64,000 bases of DNA, from positions 115,328 through 179,327 of the forward strand of contig MFOC01000004.1 of assembly GCA_001782235.1 (NCBI GenBank), in the 5' to 3' direction. The notes beneath the pieces are model-generated. The model had not been told where the DNA came from, made no database searches, and saw nothing but the letters and a program-made list of their open reading frames with translations. Of this stretch, positions 18,635 through 28,093 are shown in pieces (within the stretch, counting starts at the first letter, position 1; each line of letters begins with the position of its first letter). The stretch is from Candidatus Levybacteria bacterium RIFCSPHIGHO2_02_FULL_40_18. GTDB taxonomy: Bacteria; Patescibacteriota; Microgenomatia; Levybacterales; GWA1-39-11. The translations under genes were made by a program, and so were the position numbers.

Positions 18635-19927
18635 ATGAAAAGCATTTTTGATAAACTTTCCGAGAATCAAATCCTGAGCCTTCTTCTTGATACATCTTAT
18701 TTACCGTTTGCTCTCTCGGTCTTTTTTTCTCAGATTGCTTTCAATATGTTAACGATTGTCCTGATTTTTTTTGTTTTCTACCTTACTTCTTCAAATTTCT
18801 CAGTCTCAATTCTTCTTTTCTGCATTTTAATTCCTCAAATATTTTTAAGTTTCATAGGAGGGATTGTGGCAGATATGTCAAACAAAAAAAAGATAATGGT
18901 TCTGGCAAATCTTGCGCGGGCAGGAGTTCTTCTAATTCTATTTTTCAATCTTAAATCGGTATTGATAATTTATATCGTCGCATTAGTGATCTCGATTATA
19001 TCGCAGTTTTATGTTCCCGCTGAATCGCCTCTTATTCCATCACTTGTTCCGAAAGAAAAGCTGGTGCCCGCAAATTCCATATTTGGGATGGGACTTTTCG
19101 GGTCTATATTAATAGGGTATGTTTTGGCAGGTCCTGCAATAAACACAATTGGACGCTCAAGCGTGTTCATCCTTCTTTCCTTTATATTTTTACTCGCCGC
19201 TATATTTGCTTTTTTAATTCCGAATTCAAAAATCAAACAAGTTTCAGATAGGGTTCGGGCTGGCAGTCTTAAAAAGTCAATTGGTGAGGAATTAAAAGAA
19301 AGCTCTTCAATCCTTATTAAATTCCGGGACGTAGGGGATGCATTTTTCCTTCTTATATTCTCGCAAATGATAATTTTTATTATTGCTACGCTTATTCCGG
19401 GATACGCCAAAACAATTCTTGAGGTTCCGGCAGAAGATCTATCAATAATCTTATTCGCGCCCGCAGCTGCAGGAATGTTATTATCAGCTCTTCTTATTGG
19501 GAGTTTTTTTGCAAAATCGAACAAAAAAAATCTTATCAACTTTGGGATTTTGCTTTCAGGCATGGTTCTGTTATTGCTTCCTCTCACTTCAAGAATAATC
19601 GGCCGAGACATAGTGCAGTTTTTTAATTTACTTCTACCAAGACTAGTTGAATTAAACATTTTTAATTTTGTGCTTGTATTAGCATTTTTTGCCGGTTTTG
19701 CAAATGCTCTAATTTTTATCCCAAGTCAGGCTTTGATCCAAGGAAACGTTCCGCAAGATTTCAGGTCAAAAATTTACGGACTACTGTTTGCGCTAATAGG
19801 AGTTTTTTCATTAGTTCCTATATTAATAGCAGGAGGAGTTGCGGATCTTCTTGGCGTAGGAGCGGTGCTCGCAATAATTGGGGTAACAATACTGTTCATA
19901 GGCCTGTTTAGGATCAGAGAGGGATAA
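18635..19927 (+). CDS. MFS transporter
   Basis: About 12 TM helices; motif A-like GGIVADMSNKKK. Confidence 0.9.
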   Translation: MKSIFDKLSENQILSLLLDTSYLPFALSVFFSQIAFNMLTIVLIFFVFYLTSSNFSVSILLFCILIPQIFLSFIGGIVADMSNKKKIMVLANLARAGVLLILFFNLKSVLIIYIVALVISIISQFYVPAESPLIPSLVPKEKLVPANSIFGMGLFGSILIGYVLAGPAINTIGRSSVFILLSFIFLLAAIFAFLIPNSKIKQVSDRVRAGSLKKSIGEELKESSSILIKFRDVGDAFFLLIFSQMIIFIIATLIPGYAKTILEVPAEDLSIILFAPAAAGMLLSALLIGSFFAKSNKKNLINFGILLSGMVLLLLPLTSRIIGRDIVQFFNLLLPRLVELNIFNFVLVLAFFAGFANALIFIPSQALIQGNVPQDFRSKIYGLLFALIGVFSLVPILIAGGVADLLGVGAVLAIIGVTILFIGLFRIREG

Positions 19928-20590
19928 ATGGAGCTTGCGTTTCTTATACCAGTTCTTACAGTTTGTTTTTTTCTTCTTTATATTTTATGCCGTCAGGATT
20001 TTGTGCTTCTTCGCCAAAATATATCCTTGTCGCAAATTTTAGACATGGCAATCATAACCATTATTTTCGCATTCGTAGCAGGACGGTTATTGTTTTTATT
20101 AAACAATTTGGAAGCTACCTTATTACATGCGATTCGTTTTTTTTATTTTATAAAGTTCCCGGGAGTAAGCCCCCTGGGTTTTTTCCTCGGCGGAGCGTTT
20201 TCCCTCTGGTTTCTCATGAGGGGGAAAAAGGGAATTTTGCGGATTTCTGATATATTTTCCATTTCCTTTCTCCCTCTTTACCTTCTAAGTCTTCTTTTAA
20301 AAAGTTATCCCGGTGCTACCTCTTTTATTTTTCAGATTGCGGCCGTTTTTTTATCTTTAGCGCTTTTCGCCTTTGTTATAAGATCTCATTATAAGTACAT
20401 TTTGCGAGACGGAAGCATTTCCTTAATACTTTTATTTGTGATATCCATAGATACATTGCTTTATGATTACCTTAATCCGGAAAAATACATTATTTTATTT
20501 GATCTTTCCATAAACCAGCTGTTGAGTATTATTCTTGTTTCATCAAGCGTTATTTTTCTGGTTTTAAATCAGAGAAAGCTGAAGATATAA
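19928..20590 (+). CDS. Lgt-like (prolipoprotein diacylglyceryl transferase-like) membrane protein, divergent
   Basis: AGRLLF and PGVSPLGFFLGG resemble Lgt motifs; catalytic residues not evident. Confidence 0.5.
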   Translation: MELAFLIPVLTVCFFLLYILCRQDFVLLRQNISLSQILDMAIITIIFAFVAGRLLFLLNNLEATLLHAIRFFYFIKFPGVSPLGFFLGGAFSLWFLMRGKKGILRISDIFSISFLPLYLLSLLLKSYPGATSFIFQIAAVFLSLALFAFVIRSHYKYILRDGSISLILLFVISIDTLLYDYLNPEKYIILFDLSINQLLSIILVSSSVIFLVLNQRKLKI

Positions 20591-20594
20591 GTCT

Positions 20595-21371
20595 ATGTTA
20601 ACACCCGATGTTTTGTTCGAGGATTCCGATATTTTAGTAATTGAAAAGCCGGCCGGATTTATTGTCAATCGAGCAGACACCACAGTTAATCAACCAACAG
20701 TGCAAGAATGGGCAGAAGAAATATTAAATATTAAATATAAAAGAGCAAATAGGAAGGAGGGTTCGGAATTCGTAAAGAGGGGTGGAGTAGTGCATCGGTT
20801 GGATAAGGAGACGTCGGGGATTTTAATTATCGCGAAAAATGAGGAGAGTTTTGAGAATTTACAACGACAATTCAAAGAGAGTAGAGTGAAAAAAACTTAC
20901 ATTGCGCTTTGTCACGGAGAGATAAAACCTCCAGAAGGGGAAGTAAAAATACCGATTGGTCGCCTGCCATGGAATAGGATGAGGTTTGGAGTATTGCCGC
21001 AGGGCAGAGAAGCCAGAAGTAAGTACAAAGTATTAAGTATTAAGTATTTACCCCGCACCGATGCGGTGCGGGGTTTAGTATCGAATGGAGAGCGTGAACC
21101 TCTTTCGCTGGTCGAAGTTTATCCTGAGACCGGCCGCACGCATCAAATTAGGGTTCACATGCAATACATAGGACATCCGGTATTCGCAGACGAACTATAC
21201 GCCGGCAGAAAAGTTTCGAAACGTGATAGAAAACTTCTCCCGCGCCACTTCCTACACGCCAGCAAAATCTCTTTCATACATCCAAAAACAGGGCGGAGTA
21301 TGGAATTCGAATCAACGCTTCCGCCCGACCTCGAGAACTTTCTTTCCTCATTAAAAACAGTACAACAGTAG
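20595..21371 (+). CDS. RluA-family pseudouridine synthase
   Basis: KPAG, VHRLDKETSG, TGRTHQIRVH, LHA. Confidence 0.95.
   Translation: MLTPDVLFEDSDILVIEKPAGFIVNRADTTVNQPTVQEWAEEILNIKYKRANRKEGSEFVKRGGVVHRLDKETSGILIIAKNEESFENLQRQFKESRVKKTYIALCHGEIKPPEGEVKIPIGRLPWNRMRFGVLPQGREARSKYKVLSIKYLPRTDAVRGLVSNGEREPLSLVEVYPETGRTHQIRVHMQYIGHPVFADELYAGRKVSKRDRKLLPRHFLHASKISFIHPKTGRSMEFESTLPPDLENFLSSLKTVQQ
21051..21073. mobile_element. 23-bp MITE-like palindrome with TTTA duplication, in-frame in the RluA gene
   Basis: TTTA|CCCCGCACC-GATGC-GGTGCGGGG|TTTA; adds 27 bp encoding PRTDAVRGL. Confidence 0.8.
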
Positions 21372-21493
21372 AACTGTAAAAGAGTGAAACAGTATTCGGT
21401 AGGACAGTAATCTTACCGATTTACTGATTACTGATTTACAGCTTTACTGCTTCACCGCTTTACTGATATTGATACTTTTGGTACCCTTAATAT

Positions 21494-23191
21494 ATGCCGG
21501 GAGTTTTTTTAAGTGAAATTATTCTTATTACTGTTGCCGCGTTTATTGGCGGATTTCTGGCAAGAACAATAAAATTTCCTCCGGTTCTAGGCTACATAGC
21601 AAGCGGTATTGTCTTTGGTATTATCGGGAAAAATATTTTTCAAAGCTATGAGTCCTTAGTCGCTCTGTCTGAAATTGGTATTTCCCTTTTTCTGTTCACC
21701 TTGGGTTTTGAAATATCACTAGACAAGCTTAAAGCTATCAACAGAAAAATTTTCTTAATAGGAATAGCCCAAATACTACTTATTGCAGCTTTCCTCTTGC
21801 CCATATTTTTCATATTTAATCTGGATTTAAAGGTTTCAATTTTATTCTCAATTCTCGCGTCTTTCTCATCAACTGCGGTAGTTGTCAAAATTCTTGAAGA
21901 GAAAGGTTTGCTCAATGATTTCCCGGGCAATAACGTCTTTATTCTTCTTCTGATCCAAGATCTTTTTGTGGTGCCTGTCATTTTTCTCCTTCCGGTGATA
22001 TTCTCAGATGCTGGAATCTCAGGCATGTCAATCGTGGCCTTTATAATCTCTGCAGTAAAAACTATGGGGATATTTATAGGGCTTCTTATCGCTAGCCGGT
22101 TTTTACTCTCAAGATTTCTTAATTTTTTGTTTAGATATCCATCAGGCGAACTGACAATTCTTGCGACCATTTTTACTGCCGCTACAGCAATATATCTTTT
22201 TTCAAGCGTAGGACTGCCTCAAACAATTGCCGCATTTTTAGCCGGTGTTTTGATTTCGGAGCAGGGGAAAAATTTAGCGCCCTTAACAGAGCTACGCCCG
22301 TTTCGCGATCTTTTCTTAGTTCTATTTTTCGTTCTAACAGGAATGCTTTTAAATTTTGGATTCTTCATAGATAACTTTTTCCTAATTGTGGCTATACTTG
22401 CGGTAATAATCATTATAAAATTCATGATAATTTATACAAGTCTCCGCGTGTCTCGCTTCTCGCCAACTTCAAGCGTTTTCATATCTTCTCACTTGGCAAA
22501 TATCGGGGAATTTAGCGTTGTAATAGCCCAAATTGCATTTGTTTCAGGATTTCTGGCTACGAAAGACTATAATCTTATACTTTCATTCTTTATATTATCC
22601 TTAATCTCAATTCCTGTTTGGACTAATTACGCAAGGGGCATTGCGGAGAAAATCGCAAGAACAGGAATACTAGCTAGAATACTTCCCAACGAAGATCTTG
22701 AACCAGTATCGCCATATAAGTTTTCAAATCACGTTGTCATCTGCGGACACGGCAGAGTAGGGCGCGAAGTAAGAGCTCTTCTTGATCTTTCCAATATTCC
22801 TTACGTAGTTGTTGACTTTAACAGGAAGGTAATAAATGATCTTTTGACGGCAGGAAAATATGCAATCTACGGAGATCCAACCGATAGAGAAATTCTTGAA
22901 GCAACATTTATAAAAGATGCGCGTGTTCTTGTAATCGCGGTTCCGGACGGGTTCTCTCAAAAACAAATAGTCAATACTGCGTTAAAGTTCAATCCTTCGA
23001 TCATAATTGTTTGCCGTACCCATGTTGAAGATGACAGATATGACCTAATAAACATGGGCGTAAATACAATTGTTGTGCCAGAGCTTGAAGCGGGTCTTCG
23101 AATCGGCCATGAGGTTCTTTCTCTTTTCAACATTCAAGGAGAGGACATAGACGCACATATTAGAAGACTTCGAAGAACCAGCCTTCTCTAA
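21494..23191 (+). CDS. CPA2 cation:proton antiporter with a TrkA-N (KTN) domain
   Basis: SSTAVV, LIQDL, PFRDLF; C-terminal GHGRVG Rossmann motif. Confidence 0.93.
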   Translation: MPGVFLSEIILITVAAFIGGFLARTIKFPPVLGYIASGIVFGIIGKNIFQSYESLVALSEIGISLFLFTLGFEISLDKLKAINRKIFLIGIAQILLIAAFLLPIFFIFNLDLKVSILFSILASFSSTAVVVKILEEKGLLNDFPGNNVFILLLIQDLFVVPVIFLLPVIFSDAGISGMSIVAFIISAVKTMGIFIGLLIASRFLLSRFLNFLFRYPSGELTILATIFTAATAIYLFSSVGLPQTIAAFLAGVLISEQGKNLAPLTELRPFRDLFLVLFFVLTGMLLNFGFFIDNFFLIVAILAVIIIIKFMIIYTSLRVSRFSPTSSVFISSHLANIGEFSVVIAQIAFVSGFLATKDYNLILSFFILSLISIPVWTNYARGIAEKIARTGILARILPNEDLEPVSPYKFSNHVVICGHGRVGREVRALLDLSNIPYVVVDFNRKVINDLLTAGKYAIYGDPTDREILEATFIKDARVLVIAVPDGFSQKQIVNTALKFNPSIIIVCRTHVEDDRYDLINMGVNTIVVPELEAGLRIGHEVLSLFNIQGEDIDAHIRRLRRTSLL

Positions 23192-23195
23192 ATTC

Positions 23196-24023
23196 ATGAA
23201 GAAAAAATTCGACAATACCTCATATATAAAATTATTTATTCTGATAGTGCTTTTTACTGCTTTTGTATCCATCTCGTATAAGGCGTTTCTTCTTGTTAAG
23301 AATAGGTCATTTAGAGCAAGCACTTTTAATATTATGCTTGTAGGGCGCGATGTTCACATAGTAGGTTTCAACATTCCAAAAAAACAAATCCATGTTTTAG
23401 AATTTTCTCGCGCCCGCGATTTATTTTCAAGGAAGAAGACGCTCTCGGCGAGTCTTGCTTCCGGCGTGCCTCTGGACGGCATGATTATTTCAATACAAGT
23501 GGCAAACATTATAGACTCAAAAAATGACATTCCAACGTTTGCTCAAACCTTATCATTCCTTTTAGAAGATGAAAAATATGTATTTTATGGCGTAAACAAG
23601 TTTGACTTAATTAAACTTTATATTGTTTCAGAGTTGACGTCATGGGAGGATAAAAGCTTTGATATTATTCAAAATCTCACCCAGGATTTTTCCGAGGACC
23701 AAGTTCTTGCTTCAAAAATTGGAGAAAAGTTTCGTGATTCTGAAATCTTTAATGAAAAGACTTCCATTGAGATTGTTAATTCAACTGAGATCGACGGACT
23801 AGGGGGAAGATTGGGATTTATACTTTCAAATATTGGTGCAAATGTGATATCCATTAAAGATGGAGAAGAATCTGAAACCAAAATCGAAGCAAAAAAATAT
23901 GATATTAAAATCCTTAGGCGTATAGAAAGGCTAGTTGAATTAAAAGCTCAAAAAGAAGATAATACGGGTATCGCTGACGTGACTATAAATTTAGGAAAAG
24001 ATCTTCAACAAATAGTTAAATAG
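23196..24023 (+). CDS. membrane-anchored protein with a LytR C-terminal domain
   Basis: IEIVNSTEIDGLG...ADVTINLGKD. Confidence 0.75.
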   Translation: MKKKFDNTSYIKLFILIVLFTAFVSISYKAFLLVKNRSFRASTFNIMLVGRDVHIVGFNIPKKQIHVLEFSRARDLFSRKKTLSASLASGVPLDGMIISIQVANIIDSKNDIPTFAQTLSFLLEDEKYVFYGVNKFDLIKLYIVSELTSWEDKSFDIIQNLTQDFSEDQVLASKIGEKFRDSEIFNEKTSIEIVNSTEIDGLGGRLGFILSNIGANVISIKDGEESETKIEAKKYDIKILRRIERLVELKAQKEDNTGIADVTINLGKDLQQIVK

Positions 24024-24096
24024 TCGAAATAGTTGAATTGTTGAATGGTTTTAAAACTATGTAGCCATGTAGCCATTTTAGCCATTGAACATTTTT

Positions 24097-24240
24097 ATGA
24101 TTTGGATTTTTATCATCATTCTATTTGCTATCTCGTTTATCTGGGCGCTTTTCAGCGTTCTCAGAGAAAAGGAATCGCCAAAACAAATTCTTAAGGCAAA
24201 GAATGAACTTACAAGGAACAAAATATTGTTCAAAAAATGA
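24097..24240 (+). CDS. small single-pass membrane protein (47 aa)
   Basis: MIWIFIIILFAISFIWALFSVLREKESPKQILKAKNELTRNKILFKK; fills the gap; below the ORF-track cutoff. Confidence 0.6.
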   Translation: MIWIFIIILFAISFIWALFSVLREKESPKQILKAKNELTRNKILFKK

Positions 24241-24244
24241 GTTC

Positions 24245-24916
24245 TTATTCTCGAGAACTATGAGGTACCGGTTGTAAAATTGGCGTATGGATAAATGAAG
24301 GCTGATCGCGGAACCTTGACATTTTTTTAGTTTCTCTAATAAAAACAGTAACATTCTTATCCCCGACACTTTTAATACACGCAGAGTACTCATTGCCGCC
24401 ATTAATAAAGGTAATCATCCTCATGCCGATATTGTCCGGAAGCATCCCAATGTACGTCTTATCAGGCATTTGAGCAAAAACTTTGGATCTTTTAACGGCA
24501 AGAGACACCGCATCCCCGGGTTGAAGTATTGATATGGTTTTCTTATCCGCAATATTCTTAAGTTCCACGGTTTTGGTCTTCCCAGCTTCCTCAATAAAAA
24601 CATCTTGAATAGATAATCCTGATGAATTCTGCGAGTTTCCGCCTTTCTTTTTTGATTTTGAGAGAGAGTCAAGCCTTTTTAGATTTTTAAGAGCAATGGG
24701 ATTTGTTTTGTCGATATTAAGAACCTTTTGATAAAAGGTTTTTGCTTTTCGAAAACGGCCAAGTTTTATTAGTGCGTGAGCAATTCTATTCAATGAATCT
24801 ATGTCGCCAGGGTTTTCATCAAGTAATTTCAGATTCTCTTTGTATGCTTTTTCCCAATTGTTTGATAACGCATATTTTACGGCCAAATCTTTTGATGGGG
24901 AAGGAATAACGTCCAT
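24245..24916 (-). CDS. TPR-containing protein with a HIRAN-like C-terminal domain
   Basis: TPR helices followed by FIEEAGKTK...YIGMLPD...GGNEY. Confidence 0.75.
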   Translation of the reverse strand: MDVIPSPSKDLAVKYALSNNWEKAYKENLKLLDENPGDIDSLNRIAHALIKLGRFRKAKTFYQKVLNIDKTNPIALKNLKRLDSLSKSKKKGGNSQNSSGLSIQDVFIEEAGKTKTVELKNIADKKTISILQPGDAVSLAVKRSKVFAQMPDKTYIGMLPDNIGMRMITFINGGNEYSACIKSVGDKNVTVFIRETKKMSRFRDQPSFIHTPILQPVPHSSRE

Positions 24917-25004
24917 TTATTGCCTTAAGAATGGCAATAATCTTAAACAAATTTATTGGAAAAGTCAAGGCGGAAGAAGTATAATTGGGGGTTAGATCAA
25001 AATT

Positions 25005-25724
25005 ATGAGCGGACATTCAAAATGGTCAACAATTAAAAGACAAAAAGGAGCGTCCGATATAAAACGCGGTAATCTTTTCACAAAACTTTCAAACGCAATT
25101 ACAGTTGCAGTGAGGCAGGGTGGAGGAGTGACGGATCCTGAAAGCAATTTTAAGCTTCGTTTGGTTGTGGATCGCGCGCGTTCTGCCAATATGCCAAAAG
25201 ATAATATTGAGAGAGCCATTGAACGTGCTCACGGCGGAACAGAAGGAGCGGTCGAAGAGCTTATATATGAAGGATTTGGACCGGGGGGAATAGCAGTGAT
25301 GGTTGAGGCAATTACCGATAATAAACAGAGGACAGCTTCAGAGATCAAAAATGTTTTTGAGAAAAATGGAGGATCTCTTGCTAATCCCGGTTCGGTTTCA
25401 TACCTCTTTAAGAAAAAGGGCATAGTTGTGGTTTCAAAGAATGGAGCGTCCTCGGACGAACTTTTATCAAAAGGAATAGAAGCCGGAGTAGAGGATATGG
25501 AGGAGGAGTTCGAGCGAGTAATTTACTACATTGACCCGCAAAATTTTTCCCAGGCAAAAACAACACTAGAAGGGGAGGGACTCGCGGTTCTCAGCGCTGA
25601 GATTATTTATGAGCCAACAGCATTTGCTGATCAAAATCAAGAAACTCAGGTCCAAATTCTTAAACTGATTGAAAAACTTGAGGAGCTTTCGGATGTTCAA
25701 AAGGTTTACACTAATCTGGCCTAG
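25005..25724 (+). CDS. yebC: YebC/PmpR family protein
   Basis: MSGHSKWSTIKR, YEGFGPGG, TDNKQRT, DVQKVYTN. Confidence 0.96.
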   Translation: MSGHSKWSTIKRQKGASDIKRGNLFTKLSNAITVAVRQGGGVTDPESNFKLRLVVDRARSANMPKDNIERAIERAHGGTEGAVEELIYEGFGPGGIAVMVEAITDNKQRTASEIKNVFEKNGGSLANPGSVSYLFKKKGIVVVSKNGASSDELLSKGIEAGVEDMEEEFERVIYYIDPQNFSQAKTTLEGEGLAVLSAEIIYEPTAFADQNQETQVQILKLIEKLEELSDVQKVYTNLA

Positions 25725-25775
25725 CGCTAGCGCTAGGCCATCCTGACCTCGCACTTGATGCGGGGGAAGGATCTC
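25717..25775. repeat. 24-bp perfect palindrome plus a CATCCTGA...GAAGGATCTC element
   Basis: TGGCCTAGCGCTAGCGCTAGGCCA (25717-25740) followed by the element at 25739-25775. Confidence 0.8.
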
Positions 25776-25778
25776 TTT

Positions 25779-26576
25779 ATGCGAAGTTTAATCCCATCTC
25801 TTAACCTTTCTAAAAGACAAAAATTCGTTCTGACAGTTTTGTTCATGTCTATTGGTATTTTTATTTCGACTTATCTTTCGGGAATAAATCTTATTATTAC
25901 GTCTATCTTTTTAAGCTTTCTGGGAATTATTTTACTTTATTTTACGTTACGTTCTGATATTAGTGGAACATTTTATTACCCAATATTAATCCTACCTTTT
26001 TTCTTTACGATCTCTTTCTCACTTTTTTATCCTCTTATACCGGCAAGATTATTAACCCGAATTATAGTCGTTTTGTTATATGCTTTTGGACTCTATTCAC
26101 TCTTCCTTACTCAGAACATTTTTGCCGTTTCTGCAATTAGAACCATAACTTTATTGCGAAGCGCAAGAATTGTCTCTTTTGTCCTGACTATTGTTGTATT
26201 ATTTTTACTTACAAATATTATCTTTTCCCTTAGGCTTTCATTCTTTATCACTCCAATTGTTATATCAATACTTACGTTTCTTTTGAATTTTCAGTCTTTG
26301 TGGGTATACAGTTTGTCAAGAGAATTCATTCGCGAATCCTTCATATCGTCTCTCTTAGTATCCCTTGCGCTAGGTCAATTAGCTTTTGTTTTAAATCTCT
26401 GGCCCGTAACGGCCGCAATATATTCAATTTTTATAACCGGCATATTTTATGCTTATTCGGGCCTTACACACGCATGGATAGAGAAGAGGCTGTTCAAAGG
26501 AATACTTTGGGAGTATGTTTGGGTAGGATTCCTAGCAATTCTCATCTTGGTTTTCTTTTCCAATTGGGGTTTCTAA
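25779..26576 (+). CDS. multi-pass membrane hypothetical protein
   Basis: About 8-9 hydrophobic segments; ATG 25779 preferred because the upstream in-frame start lies inside a repeat. Confidence 0.8.
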   Translation: MRSLIPSLNLSKRQKFVLTVLFMSIGIFISTYLSGINLIITSIFLSFLGIILLYFTLRSDISGTFYYPILILPFFFTISFSLFYPLIPARLLTRIIVVLLYAFGLYSLFLTQNIFAVSAIRTITLLRSARIVSFVLTIVVLFLLTNIIFSLRLSFFITPIVISILTFLLNFQSLWVYSLSREFIRESFISSLLVSLALGQLAFVLNLWPVTAAIYSIFITGIFYAYSGLTHAWIEKRLFKGILWEYVWVGFLAILILVFFSNWGF

Positions 26577-26816
26577 TAGGGAAGAGTATCACGAGTACCA
26601 CGTGTATCACGAGTATCAAAAGCTTTTTTATTAAATCGATAAGACTTGGTCGTTACAGATTCCCCCGTGACACCACCTTTGATACTTTTGATACCCTTGA
26701 TACCTTTTAGCTAAGTGGAGTAGTGGAGGCTAAAAATAGCAGTTTGAGTTGATTTAGCAATCTAAATTGGTGATAGGGTTTGATACAGTTTAGTATCCTA
26801 TAATTTTGTGGATAAG

Positions 26817-27059
26817 TTTTTGCGATCGCAAATTCCAAGCGTTAAGAAGGGATCTCTTCCACTCGTTTCACAGCCTTGAGCCAGCCTCGATACTGTACTC
26901 CTTGCGCAGGGCAGACTTTTCACGGTTCGGCTCCCGCAGGCGGGGGCCGCGCTCATTGCAAGCACAGAGAGATGCTTGTACTGAGGGCCAAAGGGCCTAA
27001 ATGAAAAAAAGTCGAAAGGCCCTTTGGTGAGATTCTCTCTCTTGGAAGCGATCTAAAAA
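26817..27059 (+). ncRNA. unidentified structured RNA candidate (may extend to about 27385)
   Basis: Long-range closing stems plus several internal hairpins, with wobble pairs that are G-U only on the + strand; TATAAT at 26799-26804. Confidence 0.5.
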
Positions 27060-27285
27060 TGTTTTACGAACTCTTGTTTTTTGAGGCTAGAAATGAACGT
27101 TTGGACCGAAATTACAGTCTAAATTAAAAACATTCTAAGCAGTCGTCCTGAGAGAGCGATAGGCAAATACGACACAGCGTTTAAGCCATAAGAATAATAA
27201 TGCATTTGGTCCCCATACACAATGATACCCACGTTCCTATAATGCACCTATACTCCACGCGTAAGAGAGAGTACGAATACAGCTT

Positions 27286-27313
27286 ATGTCGTACAATAAT
27301 ACTTTTACGACAT
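27286..27313. other. candidate dif-like tyrosine recombinase site (11-6-11)
   Basis: ATGTCGTACAA-TAATAC-TTTTACGACAT, arms 10/11 symmetric; 1.6 kb from the xer gene. Confidence 0.5.
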
Positions 27314-27576
27314 GGACGAGTAACCTGAGAGCGAGGCTAAACTTTCCCAATTTAGCCTTAAATCCGAAACAAATTCGTTACTTTACCGTTGCGCTTGTCG
27401 AAGGGTTTCTCTATTTTCCTCCCCAAAGAAAATTTATTGCCTCTACCCTACTATAGGCCATTTATGATTTATTATTTACTATTTATTATTTTTACAAAAT
27501 TGTTTCAGCCAAAAGCGGATGGGTCGTTGGCCCGACTTGAGAAGTACAACTAATGGAAAAGAGCTTATGGGCAACA

Positions 27577-27834
27577 TCAGTATGTGGTAGAAGTTCTTCG
27601 CTCAATTGCTGTGACTATTACCTTTTTTGTTTCAATGTAGTAGAAGATTCGATAGTCTCCAACTCGTAGGCGATAGCCATCTGTGAGTTTTTTTATGTGC
27701 TTTCCATCCGCGATATGCGGTCTAGTTGTTAGATGTTTTAAAATAGCCTGTTGAACTTTGTTTTGAATTTGTTTGGGGAATTTTCTTAAACTCTTAACTG
27801 CCGATTTTTTGACGAAAACCTTAAACTTTTCCAC
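27577..27834 (-). CDS. RelE/ParE-family type II toxin
   Basis: 85 aa basic protein with YRLRVGDYRIFY; overlaps the antitoxin stop. Confidence 0.9.
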   Translation of the reverse strand: MEKFKVFVKKSAVKSLRKFPKQIQNKVQQAILKHLTTRPHIADGKHIKKLTDGYRLRVGDYRIFYYIETKKVIVTAIERRTSTTY

Positions 27835-28084
27835 TTAGCAAGTCTTTTAATGGATAAGAAAGCTCCTTAGCCGTTTGTTTCTTGGATTTTGTCATTATCA
27901 ATTCTTCCCAAAGTGCCTCGTTTTCATCCATAATCGATTGAAAACGATCTGGGGAAATGACTACCGAGAGTTGATCATTATTTTTAACCACTAAAACTAC
28001 TTCGTTTTTGTTACGGACTTGCTCAAAGACTCGTTTAGCGTCGCGTCTTATATCTGTAATGCTTTTTAAAATAGGAAGTTGCAT
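27821..28084 (-). CDS. Phd/YefM-family antitoxin
   Basis: SITDIRRDAKRVFEQV...VLVVKNN...VVISPDRF; ATG 28084 follows a consensus promoter. Confidence 0.85.
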   Translation of the reverse strand: MQLPILKSITDIRRDAKRVFEQVRNKNEVVLVVKNNDQLSVVISPDRFQSIMDENEALWEELIMTKSKKQTAKELSYPLKDLLSGKV

Positions 28085-28093
28085 AGTAAGATT

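Noticed and set aside
19009-22425. Long antisense ORFs (19009-19659, 21646-22170 and similar)
   Set aside because: They are shadow frames of hydrophobic membrane-protein genes with no independent motifs.
26807-26815. Perfect DnaA box (TGTGGATAA) suggesting oriC
   Set aside because: It is a single box, there is no dnaA or dnaN nearby, and genes converge on this region instead of diverging from it.
26806-27000. 64-aa ORF in the long intergenic region
   Set aside because: TTG start, no recognisable features, and it coincides with GC-rich RNA-like stems.
26817-27385. tmRNA, RNase P, group II intron domain V, hammerhead, TPP or glycine riboswitch
   Set aside because: Only fragments match (AAAGTC, ACGGTTCGG, CTGAGA, CTCTCAGG on the minus strand). 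Partner motifs such as a tRNA-like end, P4 pairing, CUGAnGA and GGAGA/CCGAAG were not found by eye.
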